The notes below the pieces were generated by a model. That model saw only the letters and a program-made list of their open reading frames with translations. It ran no database searches and was not told the DNA's origin. A stretch of 32,000 bases of DNA from Demequinaceae bacterium (GTDB taxonomy: Bacteria; Actinomycetota; Actinomycetes; Actinomycetales; Demequinaceae): NCBI GenBank assembly GCA_965250005.1, contig OZ252279.1, positions 1,320,001-1,352,000 on the forward strand, written 5' to 3'. Shown here piece by piece: positions 25,620-32,000 of the stretch. A program made the position numbers and the translations under genes. Each line of letters starts with the position of its first letter. Positions within the stretch are counted from its first letter, which is position 1.

Positions 25620-26477
25620 GTGCCCATGACGTCCATCACACGCCACCTAGCGGTGCTCGGGCTGGCAATTGTCGCGCTCACCGGCTGCACTGACTCGGAT
25701 GGCGACACCGTTGACGTATTCCTGTCCGTCTCAGCAGACACAGCCGTCTACTCGGGCGATGCGGCCACCGGCACGCTGACTCTCACCGGGATTGACCACG
25801 GTGTCGTCTTCCTCACGCTCTCCCCCGAGCGCGAGGCCTGGACCGGCAGCCCAGCCGAGGTCCCGGACCTCTTCGCCGATCAGTCGCTCAATTCCGTTGT
25901 CCTACTGGAGGCATCGGGCGAGGCCGTCGCGCTCGCGCTCACCGAGCCCAGTTTTGACCAGAACTCCGGCACCCTTACATTTGCGACCGCGGCACTCGCG
26001 AACCTCGATATGACCGACTCGCTGAACGTCCACAACGATGCTCTTGTAGCCGCGAGTGCCGGCGACTGGGGGTCCGTCAACCTATTCGTCGACCCTGTCA
26101 CCACTACGCGCAAGACCCCGGGTGTGTACATCGCAACCGCGCCGAACGAATGCCAGCTTGTCGTCGTCAATAACCTCCCATTCCAGACTGTGACGGTTTC
26201 TGCCGTGAGCCCCGCGGACGCAAGCGCCTGGACAATCGTGCCGAATGTCGGAGATCAAGTCCCTGAGAAAGGGACGCTGACCGCCACGGCCGTGGCGTGC
26301 GACGACGACAACCCCGCGAGCATCACCCTTGAACTTGGCGGTGATCGCGACGAGCAGGCGCGGCTTACCATCCAGGCTGGCTCTGTCACGCTCTCGTACA
26401 CCGGAGTCGCAGACGAATTCGAGGTGAACTACACGATCAGTGAGTCCACTGTGACGCTCAACCGCTGGGTGCCGTAG
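25620..26477 (+). CDS. Hypothetical lipoprotein
   Basis: Signal peptide with lipobox LAVLGLAIVALTGC, secreted beta-rich sequence. Confidence 0.75.
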   Translation: MPMTSITRHLAVLGLAIVALTGCTDSDGDTVDVFLSVSADTAVYSGDAATGTLTLTGIDHGVVFLTLSPEREAWTGSPAEVPDLFADQSLNSVVLLEASGEAVALALTEPSFDQNSGTLTFATAALANLDMTDSLNVHNDALVAASAGDWGSVNLFVDPVTTTRKTPGVYIATAPNECQLVVVNNLPFQTVTVSAVSPADASAWTIVPNVGDQVPEKGTLTATAVACDDDNPASITLELGGDRDEQARLTIQAGSVTLSYTGVADEFEVNYTISESTVTLNRWVP

Positions 26478-26509
26478 ATCGACACCGGTGCGGCCGCCTC
26501 GCCCCCCGC

Positions 26510-26950
26510 CTAGTTCGCAGCGAGGATGTCCACGACGAACACAAGTGTCGACCCCGGCGGGATCGGACCCATGTTCTTGTTGCCATAGCCCTTCTCGGGC
26601 GGCACCACGAGCAGTACCTGCGAACCCACGGGCTGGCCTACGAGTCCGTCGACCCACCCATCGATGAGCGAGCCGCGCGCGATCACGAACGAGATGGATT
26701 CTCCGCGGCCCCATGAGGAGTCGAACGATGCGCCATCCCAGAGCCAACCGGAGTAATGCACGGTGATGGAGTTGCCTTCCGCGACGGGAGCTCCCGCACC
26801 CGCGATGAGCGGCTGCACGATGAGCTCGGCGGGCTTAGCCTGCCCGGCGTACGCGACGGATGGTTCGCCGTTGGGCGCGAGCGTGACGGAGGGAATGGTG
26901 GCAGGAACTTCAACGGGGGTTCCCGAGGCGCGCTCAGCGGTAGGAGTCAT
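26510..26950 (-). CDS. FKBP-type peptidyl-prolyl cis-trans isomerase
   Basis: ITVHYSGWLWDGASFDSSWGRGESISFVI, LIDGWVDGLVGQPVGSQVLLVVPPEKGYG, IPPGSTLVFVVDIL. Confidence 0.95.
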   Translation of the reverse strand: MTPTAERASGTPVEVPATIPSVTLAPNGEPSVAYAGQAKPAELIVQPLIAGAGAPVAEGNSITVHYSGWLWDGASFDSSWGRGESISFVIARGSLIDGWVDGLVGQPVGSQVLLVVPPEKGYGNKNMGPIPPGSTLVFVVDILAAN

Positions 26951-26994
26951 GCCCCTACTTTAGCCACCGGGCAACGCGCGGCTAGGCTCACACC

Positions 26995-28767
26995 ATGCAT
27001 GCTGCGACCACCTTGGTCATCATCGTGGTCGCCGGCCTCGTCGCCCAGTGGATCGCGAGCCGCCTGCGCCTGCCCGGGATACTCCTCATGATCGGGGCTG
27101 GCATCGTCCTTGGCCCGGTTACGGGCGTCGTTCAAATCCACACCGAGCAGGCCGAACTGACCGAGCTCATCGGCTTGGGCGTCGCGATCATCCTGTTCGA
27201 GGGCGCCCTGGACCTTCGGCTAGCTGAGTTCCGACGCGTTGGCTCTGGCGTCCGGCGGCTCACCGTGGTGGGCGCGCCGCTCGCATGGGGGCTCGGCACG
27301 GTTGCTGCGCACCACGTGGGCGGGCTTGACTGGCCCACAGCTTGGGTGCTCGGCGCCATCCTTGTCGTCACCGGGCCCACGGTCATATTGCCGCTGCTGC
27401 GCCAAGAACGCCTCGCCAAGACAACGGGCTCGCTCCTCAAGTGGGAGGGAATCGTCAACGACCCGATCGGCGTCTTGCTTGCAGTCCTGACCTTCCAGTA
27501 CTTCACGCTCGCCGGCGGTGGCCTGCCTGACGCAGCGCTAGGTCTAGGGAAGGCGATCATCGCTGCGGTGGTGCTCGGCGGAGGCATCGGCTTCGTCGTC
27601 GCTCAGGTGTTCCGCCGCGGCTGGGTCAGCGCGCACCTCAAGGCGCCGCTGCTAATGGTCATTGTGCTTTCCGTCTTCTGGGGTTCGAACCAAGTCCAAC
27701 ACGAGGCCGGGCTGCTCGCGGTGACCGTCATGGGAGTGGTCGTCGGGAACAGCAAGTTGGTCGAGCGCGCGCGGATCCTTCACTTCAAGTCGAGCCTCAC
27801 GGTCGTCTTGCTCGCCATCCTATTCATCGTGATCCCTACGCAGCTGACGCTCGACGACGTCCGCGCCCTCGACTGGCGGGCCGCCGCCTTCGTTGCGGTG
27901 GTGCTGTTCGTGCTCCGCCCCGCAACCGTATGGCTCGCCACGATTGGCGCGGGAGTCGGCTGGCGCGACCGCCTACTGCTCGGCTGGATCGCGCCACGCG
28001 GGATTGTGGCGGCCGCCACCGCGGGCGTGTTCGGTCCAGCTCTTGTACTCGCGGGCCACGAAGACGCCGCGGCGCTGTTGCCCATCGTGTTCTCCGTGAT
28101 CGCGGTGACCGTCTTACTGCACGGGTTCACCCTTGGTCCGCTCGCTCGCCGCCTCGGCCTCGCCGCGGGTGCCCGCAACGGATTGCTCATTATCGGATCG
28201 TCAACGTTCGCGCTCCAGCTCGCCAAGGCGCTGGCGAAAGCCGACGTGCCCGTGCTGGTCGCGGATGGCTCGTACCGCCGCTCCGAGCCCCTGCGTCGCG
28301 CTGGTGTAGACGTGTGGGCGGGAGAAATTCTCTCTGAGCACGGCGAGCACGATTTCGACACTAGCCATCTCAGCCACGCCCTCGCGGCTACCGACAATGA
28401 CTACTACAACGCGATCGCGGCCCGATCTCAGACCGCTGCGTTCGGGTCCAATCGCAGCCTTCAACTCGCCATGCAGCCGGAGAACCAGAGCCTGCCGATC
28501 GAGCGCCGAGGACACTACGCATTCGACCGCACTCTCGACTTCTTCGAGCTCCAGGAGCGACTCGACGCCGGGTGGGAGGTGCGCGGCATGGAGGTGACTG
28601 CCGACGGCTGGGAAGCCGACGCCGCCGCGCTGGGCGAACCAGAGTCGGACTGGATGCTGCTCGCGAGCGTCACTTCAGCGGGAGCTCTTCGTGTCCACTC
28701 TTACGCGCACCCAACCACGCCGCGCCCCGAGTGGACCGCGATCGTGTTCGCGGCACCGAGCGACTAG
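26995..28767 (+). CDS. Monovalent cation:proton antiporter (CPA1/NhaP-like) with C-terminal nucleotide-binding-like domain
   Basis: RLRLPGILLMIGAGIVLGP, EGALDL, ATGPTVILPLL-like VVTGPTVILPLL, KWEGIVNDPIGVLLAV, WIAPRGIVAAATAGVF, then GLLIIGSSTFALQLAKALAKADVPVLVADG. Confidence 0.92.
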   Translation: MHAATTLVIIVVAGLVAQWIASRLRLPGILLMIGAGIVLGPVTGVVQIHTEQAELTELIGLGVAIILFEGALDLRLAEFRRVGSGVRRLTVVGAPLAWGLGTVAAHHVGGLDWPTAWVLGAILVVTGPTVILPLLRQERLAKTTGSLLKWEGIVNDPIGVLLAVLTFQYFTLAGGGLPDAALGLGKAIIAAVVLGGGIGFVVAQVFRRGWVSAHLKAPLLMVIVLSVFWGSNQVQHEAGLLAVTVMGVVVGNSKLVERARILHFKSSLTVVLLAILFIVIPTQLTLDDVRALDWRAAAFVAVVLFVLRPATVWLATIGAGVGWRDRLLLGWIAPRGIVAAATAGVFGPALVLAGHEDAAALLPIVFSVIAVTVLLHGFTLGPLARRLGLAAGARNGLLIIGSSTFALQLAKALAKADVPVLVADGSYRRSEPLRRAGVDVWAGEILSEHGEHDFDTSHLSHALAATDNDYYNAIAARSQTAAFGSNRSLQLAMQPENQSLPIERRGHYAFDRTLDFFELQERLDAGWEVRGMEVTADGWEADAAALGEPESDWMLLASVTSAGALRVHSYAHPTTPRPEWTAIVFAAPSD

Positions 28768-28885
28768 GCCCGCGCCAAATCCGCCTGGACTAGCTCGCCA
28801 GCGTTTGTGTGCCGCCCGCTCCCAGGCCCCGCTGGAGGAACCGTGGAAGCGAGCAAACTCGGAAGACTCGACCAAATCAGCAGAT

Positions 28886-29545
28886 TCAGGTCGTCCCGAC
28901 GATCTCTCGCCCCTGAGTCGCCTCGTTGGCCGTCGAGATTCCATCGAGGATGTAGCGCAGCCCAATCAGGAACCCGTCGCCTCCAGGTTGGATGACTCCC
29001 ATGTGCTGGGCAACGTGCTCCATGAGCCACGGCATTTCGTTTGAATCGACCTCTCGAAGCATCTGCTCCGCGTGGGCGGCCAATTCGCTGTTGTCGCGAA
29101 ACTCGTTTACCTGCCAAGCGTGACCGTAAATGTGCCCGTCAATGATGTGGTGGGCGTGGAAGGCGACGTCCGCGCTGATTCCTGCCCGGCGCATGTGGCC
29201 CAACTGCGCATTAATCACCCGGATGCGCGGGAGCCCACCCATGGTGACGGGCAGGTCGAAGAACCACGAGTTTGCCACCAGGACGTCGTGGGCGGAAACA
29301 GCCAAGCGCTCGAGGCCAACCCGCCAGTCAGGCTCGTCGTCTGCGTGGTCGACCAAATCCCACAGGTGGTCCACGAGGCCGGTGTGAAGGTCGGCCTTGT
29401 TGTCAACGTGGTTGTAGAGCGACATTGCCTCGACGTCGAGATCAGCGGCAAGCCTCCGCATGGTAAGTGCGTTGAGCCCCTCGCCCGCGACAAGAGCCGC
29501 CGCCGCGTCAATCACCGCCGTTCTCGTGAGCCCTGCTCGCACCAC
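28886..29545 (-). CDS. TetR-family regulator
   Basis: LTRTAVIDAAAALVAGEGLNALTMRRLAADLDVEAMSLYNHVDNKADL. Divergent from the oxidoreductase. Confidence 0.92.
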   Translation of the reverse strand: MVRAGLTRTAVIDAAAALVAGEGLNALTMRRLAADLDVEAMSLYNHVDNKADLHTGLVDHLWDLVDHADDEPDWRVGLERLAVSAHDVLVANSWFFDLPVTMGGLPRIRVINAQLGHMRRAGISADVAFHAHHIIDGHIYGHAWQVNEFRDNSELAAHAEQMLREVDSNEMPWLMEHVAQHMGVIQPGGDGFLIGLRYILDGISTANEATQGREIVGTT

Positions 29546-29560
29546 ATTTTCCTCCCTCGC

Positions 29561-29589
29561 TTGACGTGCTTACATCGTAAGTCTATCCT
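29561..29589 (+). promoter_or_regulatory. Candidate sigma70-type promoter for the oxidoreductase gene
   Basis: TTGACG (29561-29566), 17-bp spacer, TATCCT (29584-29589). AGGAGG at 29616-29621 precedes ATG 29628. Confidence 0.6.
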
Positions 29590-29613
29590 GATGATCGTTA
29601 CTTACACCGTAAG
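29569..29613. promoter_or_regulatory. Pair of operator-like palindromes CTTAC-N3-GTAAG
   Basis: CTTACatcGTAAG at 29569-29581 and CTTACaccGTAAG at 29601-29613, centres 32 bp apart between divergent genes. Confidence 0.75.
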
Positions 29614-29627
29614 CCAGGAGGCTACCC

Positions 29628-30605
29628 ATGAAGGCGCTCACCTATGACCGCTACACCGCTCCGGACGGGCTCGCCCTCTCCGAGATCGCGGCGCCCGTAC
29701 CGAAGTCTGACGAGATCCTTGTCCGTGTGGAAGCGAGTTCTCTCAACGCATACGACTGGCACATGTACCGAGGTAGCCCAAAGATCATGCGGCTCGCCAC
29801 CGGACTGCGCGTGAAGCAACCGCGTATCGTGGCGGCCGACTTCGCCGGGACAGTCGTGGCAGTCGGTGCCGACGTCACTGCTTTTGAGAAGAGCGACCGC
29901 ATCATGGCGTCCGCCGGCCACGGTGGCTTCGCCGAGTTCGCGACCGCCACAGCCAGTTGCGCGGTAACGATCGCCACGGGCGTTTCCTTCGAACGGGCAG
30001 CCGCAACTCCCATGGCGGGGCTCACCAGTCTCCAGGCTCTCCGCGACACGGGCGGACTCAGGAGCGGCGAGCGCGTCCTCATATGGGGCGCCTCTGGGGG
30101 CGTCGGCCACCTGGCCGTACAGATCGCCGGACTGCTCAGTGCGTCGGCGGTGCATGCGGTCTGCTCGTCCAAGAACAAGGCGATGGTCACAGAGCAGGGA
30201 GCCACGCGTGTGTTCGACTACGCGAGAGACGACATTACCGCTTCGGGAGAGACCTACGACCTTATTCTGGACACCGTCTCCACACAGCCGATGAACATCT
30301 ACCGGGACCTTCTCGTCGACGGCGGTCAGCTCGTGACAGTCGGCGCAGTCGGTGGAGATGACGGGCCGGGCCCCATCGGCGGCATGATCACCAGGGCCGT
30401 GTCGTCACGACTCAAGGGCGTTGACGCACGCGGGATGCTCGCGAGGACGAAGGCGGACGACCTCGCGATCCTGGCTGGCTGGCTCGCCGACGGCTCGCTC
30501 ACTCCTGTCATAGACAAGAGCTACCCACTGGCCGATGGCGCGAAGGCTTGCATCAAGCTCGAAGGCAGCCACGTGGCGGGCAAGCTGGTCGTGCTCCCGA
30601 ACTGA
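29628..30605 (+). CDS. NAD(P)-dependent alcohol dehydrogenase / quinone oxidoreductase (MDR superfamily)
   Basis: MKALTYDRYTAPDGLALSEIAAPVPKSDEILVRVEASSLNAYDWHMYRG, ADFAGTVVAVGADV, VLIWGASGGVGHLAVQIA. Confidence 0.95.
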   Translation: MKALTYDRYTAPDGLALSEIAAPVPKSDEILVRVEASSLNAYDWHMYRGSPKIMRLATGLRVKQPRIVAADFAGTVVAVGADVTAFEKSDRIMASAGHGGFAEFATATASCAVTIATGVSFERAAATPMAGLTSLQALRDTGGLRSGERVLIWGASGGVGHLAVQIAGLLSASAVHAVCSSKNKAMVTEQGATRVFDYARDDITASGETYDLILDTVSTQPMNIYRDLLVDGGQLVTVGAVGGDDGPGPIGGMITRAVSSRLKGVDARGMLARTKADDLAILAGWLADGSLTPVIDKSYPLADGAKACIKLEGSHVAGKLVVLPN

Positions 30606-30620
30606 CCGACTCGCTGGTTG

Positions 30621-30636
30621 CGGCGCCACGGCGCCG
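30621..30636. terminator. Candidate hairpin in a convergent intergenic gap
   Basis: CGGCGC-CACG-GCGCCG, 6-bp stem, no U-tract, between stops at 30605 and 30681. Confidence 0.3.
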
Positions 30637-30680
30637 TCCGCCCTCGAGGCGCGCCATGCGCTAGCGAGGAGTACAAACTC

Positions 30681-31721
30681 CTACGCGACGTGCACTCTCG
30701 CACCCGAGAGCGCCCGGAGCGCGAGCTCAACGTCGTCCATGTCGTTGTACAGATAAAAGCCGAGTCGCGCGCGGCCATCACGAGTCGCGGCCTTTATCCC
30801 TGCGGCTTCGAGCGCTCCCGTGTCGACGTTGGCAACAGAAACGATTGCAGAGTTGGACTCGGCTAGACCGAGTCCAACCCGAAGGTCATTTGCGAGACCG
30901 ACGCTGTGCGCATTGACATCCTCGATGCTGTGCCTGGCGAGTGTCTCGAGGGACACGGCGGCGGCCTCCATGATCTGCCACGGCGGCGACGTGTCGAGGC
31001 GACGCGCGTCCTCGCTGAGCCGCAAACGCGGGCCGTATAGCGAATCCCAGGGCGAGTCCGATCCATACCAACTTGCAAGAACGGGACGGATCCAGCGGTT
31101 GTCGGGCCGCACAGCCGCGAGCGCGACTCCGCGCGGAGTACTGAGCCACTTGTAGCCGCCGGCCACGACGACGTCGAATCTAGTCGAGTCGATCGGAAGC
31201 CATCCCGCCGATTGACTCACGTCGATCAGCGTCTTCGCTCCCGCACGGTTCGCGGCATGTGCCAACGCATCAACGTCGATGATGCGCCCATCTGCCGACT
31301 GTGCTGAGCTAACCGCAACCAAATCTACGCTGGGAGTGATGTCGTCAATCAGCCGCTCTAGGTCCACCAGGGTCACCGTGAGCCGCGGATCCGCGAGAAA
31401 CGGACCAAGCACCGAAGTGAAGTCACCGCGGGCCGCGAGCACGTGCGCGCCATCCGGCAGCGAGGCGGCTACCATGCCAACCACCTGAGAGACGGAACCC
31501 CCGAGCGTGACGTCTCGCGCGTGAGACCCGACGATACGCGCATACGCCGCACGAACCCGGGCCACCGACCCGTCCGTCGCCAGCGGATCGAATGTCGCGT
31601 CGCCCCACGCTCGCGCGGACGTGACGAGAGCCTCCGTCGCCGCGGTAGGTGGAATCCCAAAGGTTGCTGTGTTGAGATAGCCGAGAATCTTGGGGTAATC
31701 CGCAGCGACATCGAGGTTCAT
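30681..31721 (-). CDS. Aminotransferase class V / cysteine desulfurase-like PLP enzyme
   Basis: YLNTATFGIPP, LIDVSQSAGWLPIDSTRFDVVVAGGYKWLSTPRGVAL (PLP-lysine region), RLGFYLYNDMDDVE. ATG at 31721 chosen over the ORF-track start at 31910. Confidence 0.9.
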   Translation of the reverse strand: MNLDVAADYPKILGYLNTATFGIPPTAATEALVTSARAWGDATFDPLATDGSVARVRAAYARIVGSHARDVTLGGSVSQVVGMVAASLPDGAHVLAARGDFTSVLGPFLADPRLTVTLVDLERLIDDITPSVDLVAVSSAQSADGRIIDVDALAHAANRAGAKTLIDVSQSAGWLPIDSTRFDVVVAGGYKWLSTPRGVALAAVRPDNRWIRPVLASWYGSDSPWDSLYGPRLRLSEDARRLDTSPPWQIMEAAAVSLETLARHSIEDVNAHSVGLANDLRVGLGLAESNSAIVSVANVDTGALEAAGIKAATRDGRARLGFYLYNDMDDVELALRALSGARVHVA

Positions 31722-31777
31722 CACACGATCATCGTCCCTCGTGCCACGAACCCGCACAATATCTCTCTTTGCGTACC

Positions 31778-31793
31778 ATGACTTAGATGTCAT
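31778..31793. promoter_or_regulatory. Operator-like inverted repeat ATGAC-N6-GTCAT
   Basis: atgac ttagat gtcat, just upstream of the LysR-type start and within the divergent intergenic region. Confidence 0.45.
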
Positions 31794-31802
31794 CATGGTC
31801 TT

Positions 31803-32000
31803 GTGATCGACGTCGACCGGCTCCTCATCCTGCGTGAGGTCGCGCGCCGGGGCTCGAAAGCCGCCGCCGCCCGTGCACTCAACCTCAGCGAGCCGACGGT
31901 GGCCCACCACCTCAAAGCACTCGAGCGCGGGGCAGGCGTCCCTCTCACCGTGCGCGCCGGTCGAATCACCAAGGTCACCGCGGCCGGCGAGGCGCTCGTT
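31803..32000 (+). CDS. LysR-type HTH regulator, truncated by the window edge; absent from the ORF track
   Basis: GTG start; VIDVDRLLILREVARRGSKAAAARALNLSEPTVAHHLKALERGAGVPLTVRAGRITKVTAAGEALV with no stop to 32000. Confidence 0.85.
   Translation, partial: MIDVDRLLILREVARRGSKAAAARALNLSEPTVAHHLKALERGAGVPLTVRAGRITKVTAAGEALV

Noticed and set aside
31722-31910. ORF-track N-terminal extension of the class-V aminotransferase
   Set aside because: It would run into the LysR-type gene and lacks aminotransferase-like sequence. ATG 31721 gives the expected N-terminus.
1-32000. Defence island, phage, transposon or CRISPR content
   Set aside because: No transposase, integrase, Cas, restriction-modification or array signatures were recognised in either strand's ORFs. 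The lone HNH gene is insufficient evidence.

Overview
GC-rich actinobacterial-type chromosomal window, called from protein motifs only. It runs from mutY (split by an apparent frameshift) and radA, through a TetR/ABC efflux cassette and proC, into a cell-surface glycan region. That region covers about 7.4-20.4 kb and carries two glycosyltransferases plus a nucleotide-sugar dehydrogenase, Gfo/Idh/MocA oxidoreductase, DegT/DnrJ aminotransferase, UDP-GlcNAc 2-epimerase and hexapeptide acetyltransferase. These five families match the pathway to UDP-2,3-diacetamido-2,3-dideoxy-uronic acid (WbpA/B/E/D/I type). Embedded in it is a 1608-aa secreted protein combining a PGRP/Amidase_2-type amidase, FG-GAP/VCBS-like repeats and a SpoIID-type domain. 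The rest holds an LppM-like lipoprotein, TetR regulators, an ankyrin protein, a HAD hydrolase, an HNH nuclease ending in a pentanucleotide repeat, a HEAT-like protein, a TfoX-N protein, an FKBP, a Na+/H+ antiporter, a TetR/quinone oxidoreductase pair with duplicated palindromes, a class-V aminotransferase, and a truncated LysR-type gene at the right edge that is absent from the ORF track. I saw no CRISPR array, rRNA, convincing tRNA, transposase or phage module. The leading candidate for something new is the amidase-propeller-SpoIID fusion inside the sugar-biosynthesis locus.
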